Assembly (NCBI GenBank): GCA_963798915.1
Contig: CAWCVB010000007.1
Span: forward strand, 64,001 to 128,000
DNA: 64,000 nt
From: an uncultured Gemmatimonadales bacterium
GTDB lineage: Bacteria; Gemmatimonadota; Gemmatimonadetes; Gemmatimonadales; GWC2-71-9
Direction of reading: 5' to 3'
A program made the translations under genes and the position numbers. The notes beneath the pieces are model-generated. The model was not told where the DNA came from. It saw only the letters and a list, made by a program, of their open reading frames with translations, and ran no database searches. Shown one piece after another: positions 40,768 through 52,099 of this stretch. Positions within the stretch are counted from its first letter, which is position 1. The number at the start of each line of letters is the position of its first letter.

Positions 40768-42498
40768 ATGCGAACGTCCAGCAATCTCGTGACTGTCATG
40801 TTCTTCCATGCCATGGCATGCTGCGTGACTGCAGTCAGCGCTGGTCAATCGCCGGCTCCTCCGTCGGATGCGACGACACTGATGCAGACGGCGGCCGGTA
40901 CCGGGAACGACACGGCGCGCACCAAGGCGTGGCGGCAGGACCTGGACGTTCTCCTCGCGCGGCTCCGCCGCATTCACCCGCGACCATTCGCGCGGCTGAG
41001 TGAGGCGGAGGTGAATGCCGAGCATCGGAAGCTCGCTGCTGCCATCCCTCGGATGTCCGATGAGCAGGTTGTCCTTGCCATGATGGCACTGATGGCCCGG
41101 ATGACCGGCGGTCACACCCAGCTCTACGGCACATCGGCGAAGACGATCTCGACGCGCTGGTTCCCGGTTCGCTTCTTCGCCTTTCGCGACGGCATCGGCA
41201 TCACGGCAACATCGACCGACCACGCCGACCTCGCCGGTGCCAGGGTGCTCCGCATCGGTGACCTGGATGCCCGAGCCGCGATGGAGACAGTGATGCGCAT
41301 CACTCCCGCCGACAATGACGTCGGCAAGCTGCATCGTGCGCCGTACTTCATGATGATGGATTGGGTGCTGCACGGACTGGGGATCACGCCGGATCGCGAT
41401 GAGCTCACGCTTGTCGTCGAAGGTCCGGGAGATCGACCACGACGCAAGGTCACCCTCGCCGCCCAGGACCGGCGCAAGGATGATGCGCTCTCCTATCAGG
41501 CGACCGAGAGTGTGGTGGGTGGCCAGGCAGTCATCGGGCGCCCGGAGGATTCGGTGAGCACGGCGCTCTACCTGCGCCACACCGACCGGCGATTCTGGCT
41601 CGCCTACCTGCCTGGCGCGCGGGCCCTGTATGTCCAGGTGCGCTTCGTCGGCAACGGACCGCACGAGAGCCTGACCGAGTTTGCGCATCGCGTGTGGACC
41701 CTGGCGGACAGCGTTCCGGTCGATAGGTTCATTCTCGACCTCCGCTTCGCGCGAGGCGGCAACAAGACGCTGGCGGATCCGCTGCTTGATGGCCTGCTGG
41801 CCCATCCCGCCCTCAACACGCCGGGAGCAGTGTTCACCCTGATCGGTCGGGAGACCTTCAGCGCGGGCATGATGCTGGCGGTCTATCTCGAGGAGCACAG
41901 CAACACGGTGTTTGTCGGTGAGCCCACCGGTGCATCGCCCAACTTCTCCTCCGAGACACTCGGCATCAGCCTGCCCAACAGCGGCCTCATTGCGAGCGTG
42001 GGCGAGTGGTACTGGGTCAACAGCGTGCCCTGGGACACCCGACCCGCCATCGACCCGGACATCAGCACCCCGTTTTCACTCGACGACTATCGTTCCGGTC
42101 GGGATCCTGCCCTGGATGCGGTGCTGTCGGACAGCGAGGACCATGCGGCGCTCGCACGGCGCGTGCTTCCCCAGCGGCGTCGGCAGCTGAACCGGGTCAA
42201 GTTGGCTCATGCGGCGATCATGCGGGATCTGGCCGCAGGCGAGCCAGTCACCGAACTCGAACTGCGCGACATCGGGCGGGCCCTGGTCAGTTCCGGCGAC
42301 TACGAGATGGGACTCGAACTGCTCTCAGCATGGGTTGAGCACTTTCCCGGCTCCTCCGACGCACTGGTCGCGCGGGCGCAGGGGTACGTACAGGCCGGCG
42401 ACACCGCCCGTGCTCGCCAGGATCTTCGGGACGCCCTGCTGCGATCGCCGGACGACGCGGAGGCGAAGGCGATGTTGCGCGACCTGGGGGGAACCTGA
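40768..42498 (+). CDS. S41-like peptidase with C-terminal TPR
   Basis: ILDLRFARGG, TFSAG, VGEPTG; AGGAGG RBS. Confidence 0.8.
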   Translation: MRTSSNLVTVMFFHAMACCVTAVSAGQSPAPPSDATTLMQTAAGTGNDTARTKAWRQDLDVLLARLRRIHPRPFARLSEAEVNAEHRKLAAAIPRMSDEQVVLAMMALMARMTGGHTQLYGTSAKTISTRWFPVRFFAFRDGIGITATSTDHADLAGARVLRIGDLDARAAMETVMRITPADNDVGKLHRAPYFMMMDWVLHGLGITPDRDELTLVVEGPGDRPRRKVTLAAQDRRKDDALSYQATESVVGGQAVIGRPEDSVSTALYLRHTDRRFWLAYLPGARALYVQVRFVGNGPHESLTEFAHRVWTLADSVPVDRFILDLRFARGGNKTLADPLLDGLLAHPALNTPGAVFTLIGRETFSAGMMLAVYLEEHSNTVFVGEPTGASPNFSSETLGISLPNSGLIASVGEWYWVNSVPWDTRPAIDPDISTPFSLDDYRSGRDPALDAVLSDSEDHAALARRVLPQRRRQLNRVKLAHAAIMRDLAAGEPVTELELRDIGRALVSSGDYEMGLELLSAWVEHFPGSSDALVARAQGYVQAGDTARARQDLRDALLRSPDDAEAKAMLRDLGGT

Positions 42499-42501
42499 CC
42501 C

Positions 42502-42705
42502 CTACGGCACCATCGCCCGGTCGTCCATCAACTGCCGGGTGAAGTAGGTGAAGCCCAGCGCGCTGGTGTGGGCGCTCTGGATCGCGTTGGCGCCCGATCC
42601 GTGGCCGCCCTCGATCACCTCATAGTACAAGTACGGCATGCCGTACTCGGCCATCCGCGCCGCGAACTTTCGGGCGTGCTGCGGGCCGACCCGGTCGTCC
42701 TTGGA
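42502..42705 (-). pseudogene. prolyl oligopeptidase C-terminal fragment
   Basis: KDDRVGPQHARKFAA...YYEVIEGGHG read on minus strand; cut by IS91 copy 3. Confidence 0.75.
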
Positions 42706-43577
42706 CCTTCGTGATGTGGCCGGTGCACGACACCGCGCGGTTGACCGAGGCGTTTCGCCGCGCGGTGCTCCGGCTGTTCGTGCGGTTGGAGCTCTTCGAC
42801 GAGGATCAAGCCGCCGGGATGCTCACCTGGCCGCACTCCGGTTTCCCTCGAGCGGCTGACCTACGACCGCGCGATGCACACCGTGACCTACCGCTTGGAC
42901 AAGTCGGTGGGTCCCACGGCGGGCACCGAGACGCTCGATCCGAGAGCGTTCCTCGCGCGGGTGCTGGTGCACATCCCGGACAAGGGCCAGGTCACCACAC
43001 GCTACTATGGCTGGTACGCCAATCGGCCCCGCGGCATGCGGCGACGGGCCGAGTCTGGTGGGGCCAACCCGCCGACACCGATCGTCACCACGCCCCGGCT
43101 TGCGCCCACCGAGGCCAGCCGCCGTTGGGCCGCGCTCCTGCGGCAGATCTTCGAGGTCGACCCGCTTCGTTGCCCCACCTGCCAGGGCGCCATGCGGATC
43201 GTCGCGGTCATCACCCTGCGCTCGGTGATTGAGCAGATCCTGGCGCACCTCGGCACTCGCACCGCCGCGCGCAGCCCGCCCGCGACCCGGGCACCCACAC
43301 TCTGGGGCGCGCCGCGAGGACGGATGGGCACCGCCTCCCACGCCCCCTGAAGGACCCCCAGCGCACCGAATCCCGGCCCGGCGGTCGGGGACCTTCGGCG
43401 TGCGCGCTACGCCGAAATCGAGCCCTAGTCCGGCCAGGGCGACCCCCGGCCGGGCGGAGGGGACGAGCCCAGCGCCGACCCGACCCGCCCAATACCCCAG
43501 TGAACACCGCCGATGGCCAGCCACGCATCGCTCGAAGTCGAGGTATACCTCAGGCGGCCCGATTGAAATTCCTATTC
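42703..43577 (+). mobile_element. IS91/ISCR-like remnant 3 with oriIS
   Basis: Near-identical to ~39801-40390; ends GATTGAAATTCCTATTC. Confidence 0.85.
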
Positions 43578-43691
43578 AAAGCCAGTGCTCACCGCCGAAG
43601 AGGAGTCGACCGGCCACGTACATGCCGGCGACCACCACCGGGAACGCGGCGAGTTCGTTGATGACTCGGCGAACCAACGGACGTCCCCCGG

Positions 43692-45254
43692 TCATCGCAC
43701 CCCGAGATGCGTCGCCAGCCAGTCGGTCATGAGGCCGAGCACCTCCGGTTCCACCTTGTTGGTCGGCAGTGAGGCGTAGCCGCTCGGCAGGCCACTGGGA
43801 TCGTGGATGAAGAGGTGGTTCATCTCGGGGAAGAGGTGCAGGGTCACATCCGGGTTGCCGGTTGCCTTGAACGCCTGTTCCAGCGCCGGGGCCTGCTCCG
43901 GAGTGACCTGGTGATCGTTGGCGCCCTGCAGGATCAGGATCGGCACCGTCTTGACCTTGGCGGCGGTGGCGAGCGGATTGTAGCGCAGGAAGTAGCCGAG
44001 CCAGATGTTGGTCTTCGCGGACGAGTCGGTCTTCTCCGTGTTGGCCTTGTAGGCCGAGTCGCGCGACGACGGCGCGATGGAGGAATCGAGGTCGATCGCC
44101 TGCTTCTGCTGGAAGGTGAGAATCTGGCGGCCGGTCTGTGACGGTCCCGCCATCAGCACGGCGCCCTTGAGCAGGGTATCGGTCGCGGCCACGATCGGCG
44201 CGATCAGGCCGCCCTCGCTGTGGCCGACGAGTGCCAGCCGGTCACCGTCGATCTCCGGTTGCTGGCGGAGCCAGGCCAGCGCGGCGCGGATGTCGTCGGC
44301 ATAGTCGGCGCTGGTGCCGATCGTGCCGCCTGAGGCGCCGATCATCCGGTCGTCGAGGCGGAGCACCGCGATGCCGCGACGACCGAGCGTGTCGGCCACT
44401 TGCCGGAACGGGCGGTAGCCGCCGGCCACCGGGAGGTACTCGTCGCGGTCTTCCTGGCCACTGCCGGTGATGGTGACGACCGCAGGGACCTTGCCGGTCG
44501 CATTGTTGGGAAGCGTGAGTGTGCCGCCCAGGGTGATCCCGCCCGGGCCGGTCAGGGTCACCTCGCGCGCGGTGTACGGCGCGCCGGCGGGCGCCGAGTA
44601 GTCGGGCTTGCCGAGGGCGAGCTTCGAGGCGGCCGCACCGTCGACTCGGTCCACAATCATCCCGGCCGAAGGAATCGCCCCGCCGAGGATCCGTCCGGTC
44701 GAGTCGACGTGGAGTCGGTGCACCTGGCCCGCGAGGGTGAGCAGCAGCGAGTCGCGGGCGAGGGCACGCACCGCCACCGCGATGGTGACGCCGCCGCCCA
44801 GCACGAAGCCCGGGATGTCGGCCGAGTCGCCCTGGGCTCGCGCGTGCTCGGTGTAGAGCTCGGTGAGTGCGAACGAGTTGTTGAGGAGCGGCAGGGCCCC
44901 GGCCTCGGTCTGGAACCCGCGCGTGGTCCCAGCCATGGTGATCAACACACTGTCGCCGCGCATCACGAGGTGAGCTTCCTGCAGTGGCTTGGCGTCGGGC
45001 GCCGGGCCTGGGCCGTAGACCTCGACATTCATCGAAGCGACCGACCAGTCGTCACCAAGTTGGGCTGCGTAGCGGAACTCCGGCTGGCCCCGGACGGTGA
45101 CCCGTCCGGCGATGCTGTGATCGGTCCGCAGGAAGCGTTCGACGCCCAGGGTGTCGTTGCCGGCGCGGATCACGAAGCCGCCCGGTTCGCCCGGCGCCTG
45201 AGCGGCGAGGGTCACGGGAAGCAGGAGGGCGGCGGTCAGGTATGAAATGCGCAT
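43692..45254 (-). CDS. secreted alpha/beta hydrolase
   Basis: ITGSGQEDRD, GHSEGG, QGANDHQV, MNHLF. Confidence 0.9.
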   Translation of the reverse strand: MRISYLTAALLLPVTLAAQAPGEPGGFVIRAGNDTLGVERFLRTDHSIAGRVTVRGQPEFRYAAQLGDDWSVASMNVEVYGPGPAPDAKPLQEAHLVMRGDSVLITMAGTTRGFQTEAGALPLLNNSFALTELYTEHARAQGDSADIPGFVLGGGVTIAVAVRALARDSLLLTLAGQVHRLHVDSTGRILGGAIPSAGMIVDRVDGAAASKLALGKPDYSAPAGAPYTAREVTLTGPGGITLGGTLTLPNNATGKVPAVVTITGSGQEDRDEYLPVAGGYRPFRQVADTLGRRGIAVLRLDDRMIGASGGTIGTSADYADDIRAALAWLRQQPEIDGDRLALVGHSEGGLIAPIVAATDTLLKGAVLMAGPSQTGRQILTFQQKQAIDLDSSIAPSSRDSAYKANTEKTDSSAKTNIWLGYFLRYNPLATAAKVKTVPILILQGANDHQVTPEQAPALEQAFKATGNPDVTLHLFPEMNHLFIHDPSGLPSGYASLPTNKVEPEVLGLMTDWLATHLGVR

Positions 45255-45364
45255 GAATCAATGTACATGCTGCCGGCTCGCTCGCGAGCCGGAGGACCCG
45301 AAAGCCGGAGAGCGGATCGTGGGGGCACCGAGGAAAGACGCCCTTCCTTGGGGTGGCGGTAGCG

Positions 45365-45454
45365 GCATAACGACATGCGCTTCTGCGGCGGCCGCGCACC
45401 GTACCGAAGGTAGTCCATTGCTGCGCGGCCGTCCGCAGCAAGCGCGTGTTAGGC
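45365..45454 (-). repeat. attC site
   Basis: GCATAAC..GCGCTTCTGCGG ... CCGCAGCAAGCGCGT-GTTAGGC. Confidence 0.88.
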
Positions 45455-45563
45455 GGCACACAACCCTCAGCGGTCTCCAGCGATGAGGCGCAGACCGACA
45501 CGGACCTATGCAATTCGAAGAGACGACGGACTACCACCGCGCTCCTGGCATGCAATACGACGT

Positions 45564-46736
45564 TCACTGTGAGCTTAGCACTCTCGCGATCTTGTCGGCG
45601 AGTGTCGGCAGCCCCTTGAAAATTCTCTCGCTCGACATGTTGGCCAAAAGGACCACGCCAGCGTTCAGCTGAGGGTAGACAACGAGATAGCTGTTGAACC
45701 CGTTCGTGCCACCGTCAGACCAGATCTGGAAATCCGAGGCAGATGGCTGATACTCCAGCCAGTTCAACGCCACACTGTAGATGGAGGGCGAAGGCATTCC
45801 GTTCGCAGACAGGGGTACGATCCGCCCGGACGACGCCCCCACATCCACGGTCTTTCGCAGAGACAGTCGGGCCGCCGCATTGGAGCCGTCGAGTAAGATC
45901 CCGATGTACTTGACCAGATCCTCGGCGGTGCTGCCCAGGCCACCGGCATACCGAAAATAGGGCATGATGAACTCATAGTCCGCGTCGCTACCCGATGCCG
46001 TGTACCCCCGGGCAACGGACGATATGTCGTCCGGGCCGATGAAGAACGTGCGAGCCATGCCTGCGGGGTGCGTCACATACCTCCTTATGAGCTCATCCAT
46101 CGGTTCGGCATATACGTCTTCCAAGACGTATGCCAGCAGCTGTGCACCGGCGTTTGAGTGCTGTTGGCGGGTCCCAGGAACCGTGTCAAGCCGCACCGTG
46201 TGGAGGGCTTGCAGGAAATCGCTTCGGCTGAGGTTCCTATAGTAGTCGATCTTCACGCGGAGAGCGGAGTCGGGAGGAAGGTCCTGCGTCGCGCGGGGAA
46301 GATCCGGCAGCCAATCGGGCAAGGACGACGTAGTGTTCGCGAGGTCCACCAACGTGACGGGTTCGCCGCCGCATTCCAGATTCGGATAACGGCCCTTCAG
46401 GTATTGGCGAACATCATCGTCCAGCTTCACGCGTCCTTCAAGAACTGCATGGGCGAGAACGAGGCTCACGAACGTCTTCGTGATTGAGCCGATCTCGTAG
46501 ACTGTGCGTGCGGTGGGCGAACGCGTTTCTCCTTTCACGATCGTTCCGAAATTGTAGAACTGGCGGCCACCGTTGGCATAGACACCAATGGACAGGCCAA
46601 CGGCATGCTGGTCCCGGACAAAATCCCGACCCAACTGCTCGACGGTCGAATCCAGCCGAGCCGGGGCGTCCTGCGCCAGGACAACCAGCGGCAGCACACT
46701 CAACCCTACGACCAGCGACAGCGTCTTCATTCCCAT
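45564..46736 (-). CDS. serine hydrolase (beta-lactamase/AmpC-like fold) cassette
   Basis: YEIGSITK (SxxK), HSNAG, DGGTNGF; signal peptide. Confidence 0.88.
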   Translation of the reverse strand: MGMKTLSLVVGLSVLPLVVLAQDAPARLDSTVEQLGRDFVRDQHAVGLSIGVYANGGRQFYNFGTIVKGETRSPTARTVYEIGSITKTFVSLVLAHAVLEGRVKLDDDVRQYLKGRYPNLECGGEPVTLVDLANTTSSLPDWLPDLPRATQDLPPDSALRVKIDYYRNLSRSDFLQALHTVRLDTVPGTRQQHSNAGAQLLAYVLEDVYAEPMDELIRRYVTHPAGMARTFFIGPDDISSVARGYTASGSDADYEFIMPYFRYAGGLGSTAEDLVKYIGILLDGSNAAARLSLRKTVDVGASSGRIVPLSANGMPSPSIYSVALNWLEYQPSASDFQIWSDGGTNGFNSYLVVYPQLNAGVVLLANMSSERIFKGLPTLADKIARVLSSQ

Positions 46737-46929
46737 TTCGCCCTACAGTGTGAAGTCGTAGTAGCGAGATTCTCGCCTGTACCACGGCACGATCTCCGCT
46801 ACCGAGAGCCCGTTCGAGTGTGCCGCCCTTGTATCTCTAGATCTGACGTTTGCGGTAACTTCTGGATAGGGTGGTAACCCGTTGCGCCTAGGGGCCTCGA
46901 GCCCGTTCGTTAGCCTTGTATCTCTAGAT

Positions 46930-48044
<1,115 letters not shown>

Positions 48045-48057
48045 CTTTCGAGACAGT

Positions 48058-48191
48058 TGCTAACGACCGGCGCTTCAGCGGCGGGGCGGTCACCCTCACA
48101 GCAACCAAAGTTCATTCTCGGCCAACCCGATGGCCGCAGCGCAGGGAATTCCGGCGGACGGCCGCCCGCCAGCTGCAAGCGCGGGTTAGCC
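48058..48191 (-). repeat. attC site abutting the IS110 right end
   Basis: CTAAC-GACCGGCGCTTCAGC ... GCTGCAAGCGCGG-GTTAGCC. Confidence 0.88.
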
Positions 48192-48416
48192 AGCGCCCTT
48201 GCGGGGGGCCCGCCAAGCCAACTCGAGCCGACGGCCATGCGCCGCGCAATCCCGCAGGTAGAGATTGATGAGACTCTGGTACGGGAGTTCCGTCTCCGTG
48301 GCCAACTCCTTGAAATAGGCAATCGTCGCCTCATCCAGCCGGATGGTTACCGGCTTCTTCAGGCGCTTGGCGTAGGGATTCGGCCGGCCCTGGGCAAAGT
48401 CGTAGTGTTTACGCAT
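48186..48416 (-). CDS. BrnA-like antitoxin
   Basis: YDF...KPVTIRLD...YFK...PYQSLINLYL. Confidence 0.88.
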   Translation of the reverse strand: MRKHYDFAQGRPNPYAKRLKKPVTIRLDEATIAYFKELATETELPYQSLINLYLRDCAAHGRRLELAWRAPRKGAG

Positions 48417-48709
48417 CAGCGATTCCTCGTCACGTACTGCTCGCGCTCCACGCGATCAGCTCGCCGGGCGGAAATGAGGCGGATCAGGCTCTCGGCTTCC
48501 CGATAGCAGTGGACCACCACCAGGACCCGGAGCCGGGCGCTCAGCCCCAACAGGATGAACCGGTCTTCGTCGGCGGAGTGCTCGGGATCGTCGATGAGGA
48601 GCGCGCCCTCATCGCTGAAGACCGTCTCCGCTTCGGCGAAGGCCACGCCATGCTTGGCCTGATTGGCGGTGGCCTTGGCGGGATCCCAGGCGAAGCGGAG
48701 CTTGGGCAT
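48416..48709 (-). CDS. BrnT-family toxin
   Basis: FAWDPAKATANQAKHGVAF...EDRF...IRLISARRA. Confidence 0.92.
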   Translation of the reverse strand: MPKLRFAWDPAKATANQAKHGVAFAEAETVFSDEGALLIDDPEHSADEDRFILLGLSARLRVLVVVHCYREAESLIRLISARRADRVEREQYVTRNR

Positions 48710-48758
48710 GGCTCAATATATGTACGATGTATGTACGTGACAAGGTGTTCGCTGCGCT

Positions 48759-48875
48759 GGCTAACGGATTGCACTTCTGCTGCCGGGCCTGGGGCGGGAC
48801 GACCCAGACCTCATAAGATCATAGCGGGTCGTCCCGCCCCGTTCAGGCCCGGACAGCAGCAAGTGCGTGTTAGCC
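48759..48875 (-). repeat. attC site
   Basis: GGCTAAC..GCACTTCTGCTG ... CAGCAGCAAGTGCGT-GTTAGCC. Confidence 0.88.
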
Positions 48876-49163
48876 GGCGCTCGACGTGCTATGGCTGACC
48901 CGCGACCCACCTCCGCCGAAGGATGCCGCGACGCCAAGGATGAAGCCCACACCATACCAGCGCCCCGTATTGTGCTGCTCGAACACGCTCACGCCATCCG
49001 CAAACATGCTGATCCAGACAGTGATCGGCGCGATCAGGCCGTGCCACCAGCCGGCAAAGAATCCAGCGGGTTCCGCACCGGGTTCGGCGTATTTCGAATT
49101 CGCACCGGCGACGGCGAAGGGATTCGGCATTGTCACGACCTCCAGTCTCGCGGGGCTTGACAT
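48870..49163 (-). CDS. hypothetical membrane protein (cassette)
   Basis: PAGFFAGWWHGLIAP...NTGRWYGVGF. Confidence 0.7.
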   Translation of the reverse strand: MSSPARLEVVTMPNPFAVAGANSKYAEPGAEPAGFFAGWWHGLIAPITVWISMFADGVSVFEQHNTGRWYGVGFILGVAASFGGGGSRVSHSTSSAG

Positions 49164-49170
49164 GGCGTCC

Positions 49171-49269
49171 GGCTAACGTCCACACATAAGCTGCAGAGAC
49201 CGGCTCGTGGATGCCAGTCCGGGCACAACCCGTCGGCCGGGCCCTGGCAGCTTCATGCGGTGGTTAGCC
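49171..49269 (-). repeat. attC site
   Basis: GGCTAAC..ATAAGCTGC ... GCAGCTTCAT..GTTAGCC. Confidence 0.82.
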
Positions 49270-49351
49270 GGCGCCAGGTACAGCCGCCGCGAACGGAGCG
49301 GTGTGTGTGCAGCGGATCACAACTCATTTCGCTTTCTGACACGGAGGGAGC

Positions 49352-49801
49352 TTAGGATACCGGCTTCGTCTTCGACCACATAACGTAATTCCTAAAGAAG
49401 TACTTCCACGGCACGAAGATGCCCACCACGGGCGCCCAGACGAAAATGTTGGCCATTGCCTCGGCGGGTGAGCCTGCCAGGGCGCCGGCCCGCCACAGCG
49501 GATACGCAACCGCGACATCCCAGACCAGCTTGTAGAACATCGTGAAGACCACGAGCGGCAGCCACTTCAGCGGGCGTATCAGTCCCAGGATCCCCAATGT
49601 CGGGTATGCCACCCAGACACAGAAGGCTACGGCCTTGGTGTGGTCCCACGGACCCGAGTGGTTGATGATGATGGACCAGTTTGGCAAACCCACGCCGACG
49701 AACATCAGGAGATAGAGCAGCCTCAGGCAGTAGATATTTAGCGGGCGGACGCCTTCGTATGTTATGTAGTTCGGCGTGAAGACGTACTTGATGAAAGACA
49801 T
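49352..49801 (-). CDS. hypothetical membrane protein (cassette)
   Basis: GGAGG RBS; LGLIRPLKWLPL...YKLVW. Confidence 0.75.
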   Translation of the reverse strand: MSFIKYVFTPNYITYEGVRPLNIYCLRLLYLLMFVGVGLPNWSIIINHSGPWDHTKAVAFCVWVAYPTLGILGLIRPLKWLPLVVFTMFYKLVWDVAVAYPLWRAGALAGSPAEAMANIFVWAPVVGIFVPWKYFFRNYVMWSKTKPVS

Positions 49802-49950
49802 TACGAGCCTCCTTTCCGAGAAGCCAAACCTTGTTCGCGCGAATGCTGCGACATGCGCTTCTTGTTGGGCTTGCAGCCGACATCGTCGACAGCGGCCCGC
49901 GCCCACCTCAGGCGCCAATGAGGGCGGCCCGATCCCAGGCCTCTGCGTCC

Positions 49951-50046
49951 GGCTTACGGATCGCATCTAAGCAGCGGGCGGCCGCCGACTGCCAGAGCAT
50001 TACTCCGCCGGCGGGCCGCGCCGCCTGCTTCAAATGCTAGTTAGGC
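49951..50046 (-). repeat. attC site
   Basis: GGCTTAC..GCATCTAAGCAG ... CTGCTTCAAATGCTA-GTTAGGC. Confidence 0.78.
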
Positions 50047-50106
50047 GCCAACGGTCACCCGCCACACTCCGACGCCGACAGTCTCTAAACGTACCCTGCC
50101 AGGTCC

Positions 50107-50493
50107 CTATTCGGCTCTAGGAAGGGCCGTGCGCGCGCGAAAGGAGCGCCATAGAGCGTGGAGAGCAAGGATTGCTGTAAATGCCCCAGTCACACCGAGT
50201 GCGAATAGGGTCCACACGAAGAAGAAACCCCAGCGAGTGGCCAGCGGGCCCACAGTGTGCAGGTATGGCATGGTCGCCGCTGCCACCCCACCGAGAAGCA
50301 TGATGATGAACCCGGCACGCCGACCTGCCAGCTCTACGGTGCCATACAGCAGGGTGAGCATGATGACAAGCAGAATCGTGACATCGCTTGGCGACATCCC
50401 GTTGGTTTGATGAAGCGCGTCGTGCGTCAGGTGGAATGTGGTCAACACGAGAGTGAGCAACGACGAGATGGTCAGCGTCCGATTGTGTTTCAT
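50107..50493 (-). CDS. hypothetical membrane protein (cassette)
   Basis: Four TM segments, FHLTHD. Confidence 0.72.
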   Translation of the reverse strand: MKHNRTLTISSLLTLVLTTFHLTHDALHQTNGMSPSDVTILLVIMLTLLYGTVELAGRRAGFIIMLLGGVAAATMPYLHTVGPLATRWGFFFVWTLFALGVTGAFTAILALHALWRSFRARTALPRAE

Positions 50494-50898
50494 AAGCTCT
50501 GGCGGAAGTTTGTGGTTAGCTATCGGGCCTGGACAGCCGTGGAACGCCACGAACTCTTGGTGCCAGGTCCGTTGGCGCCTAACGGCTACGGTCCTCCCGC
50601 GGGCGACTCAGCGGCTCGCAGCATCAATAATGGCCCGCAGCGCGTGCCCTCCGAGGCGCACAACCGCTAATTCCTTTGAAACGTGCGCGCCAGGCGGGAG
50701 CAACGGCTTGCCAGACGGCGCCCGGCCCTCCCCCACGGGCCGCTGCTCGTGACCGGGGAAGCAGCCCCGATACTCTGCCGCACCATCTGGTGGCCAACAC
50801 TCGCCACCGGGAAGCTGGGGGAAGCAGGATCTCACAACCATCCATTCCGTCTTGGACGAGTAGCGCTCGTGGCCCGCTCGCAGCTTGTAGCGGCGTCC

Positions 50899-51032
50899 GG
50901 CTAACGTGATGCGCTTCTGCGGCGGGCTGGCCGCCACTCATAAATCAATGTTCCGCTTCGGCCGGGCGGGTGCAAGCAGCGCAGGGAGCTGTGGTCAGCA
51001 GCCGGCCCGTCCGCTGCAAGCGCGGGTTAGAC
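50899..51032 (-). repeat. attC site
   Basis: GGCTAAC..GCGCTTCTGCGG ... CCGCTGCAAGCGCGG-GTTAGAC. Confidence 0.88.
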
Positions 51033-51033
51033 C

Positions 51034-51330
51034 TCAGCGCCGCGATTGCCAACGTCGTGGATGACGCCGGGTATGCGCCACTGCGATGACCGCTATCTGT
51101 TCCGGTTCTAGGACATAATAGACGGCATATGGGAAGCGCCGCACATGTGCTCGCCGAATCTCTTCGTGGGCGCGCGCATAGCTCTCCGGCTGCCGCTGAA
51201 TGGCGGCAAACGTCGCCCGCACGGCCCGGGTGAACTCGCTCCCGAGGCCCGGGAGGCGACGCTCATACCAAGTGAAGGCGTCGTCGAGGTCGGTGGCGGC
51301 TTCCAGCTCAACGAGAAAGCGCGGCGTCAT
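51034..51330 (-). CDS. RelE/ParE-family toxin
   Basis: DLDDAFTWYE...GLGSEF...RRFPYAVYY...IAVAH.RR.P. Confidence 0.9.
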   Translation of the reverse strand: MTPRFLVELEAATDLDDAFTWYERRLPGLGSEFTRAVRATFAAIQRQPESYARAHEEIRRAHVRRFPYAVYYVLEPEQIAVIAVAHTRRHPRRWQSRR

Positions 51331-51542
51331 CGGCCGCGCTGCTCGATCTCTCGCAGGACGTCTTCGGCGGGTCGCCCCCGGCCAGGGTCCTGCCGATGGA
51401 GCTCCAGGCGCCGCTCCAACTCCGCCTTGAGTTCGGGGTCCAGCGCCTCTTCCCGAGGCTCGAGACTGTCCCACAGATCCTCGGCGAGCTGAATCCGCTC
51501 CTCCGGGGTCAGATGGGAAAAGTCAAAGATGGGCGAAGTCAT
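51327..51542 (-). CDS. addiction module antitoxin
   Basis: LTPEERIQLAEDLWDSL; ATGA overlap with toxin. Confidence 0.88.
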   Translation of the reverse strand: MTSPIFDFSHLTPEERIQLAEDLWDSLEPREEALDPELKAELERRLELHRQDPGRGRPAEDVLREIEQRGR

Positions 51543-51592
51543 AGATCCAATTTGGTGTCCGGCCGGGGCGAGCGCAAGCAATCCCGGCTGAG

Positions 51593-51690
51593 GTCTAACG
51601 ACAGGCAAATCAGCTGCGGGGCGGCGGCGCAGCGTGATCGTCTCGACCAGCGGAGGCCGCCGCCCCGTCCGCTGCAAGCGCGGGTTAGGC
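51593..51690 (-). repeat. attC site
   Basis: GTCTAAC ... CCGCTGCAAGCGCGG-GTTAGGC. Confidence 0.85.
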
Positions 51691-52099
51691 GGCGGCCTCG
51701 GGCGGCGTTGTTCGGATGGGCCTGGCAAGCGCCCGGTGCAGCTTGCCTGCCCAGAGCAGCATATCTCGATCTCCGATCAGATCGAGCACAGCCGGACTGC
51801 CGATTGCTCCGAAATGAAATACCTCGCTTCTGAGAAGCCCGAGTCGTTCGCGGCGTGAAGCATCGTCGAGGGGGAAATCAACCGACGGATCGGAAGCCCT
51901 CAGACTGCGCCAGCCCTCGACCACGGTTTACAGGCTGGCCAGGTGCAAGGTCGTCAACGTCCAGCAGGGAATGCCGTAGCCGCCTATCACTTCACGTACA
52001 CACTTTGCGGAACGTATTGCTTGCCGTACTTCTCAAGCTCGCAGACGTAGCTGAGTTCTCGGTACCCGCCGAGCTCGTTCTGCGCCTCCACCGTCCCGA

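Noticed and set aside
50577..50890. attC at 50577 and a cassette ORF at 50608-50937
   Set aside because: Only the GCCTAAC core is visible, with no partner arm, and the ORFs are unconvincing; probably a decayed cassette.
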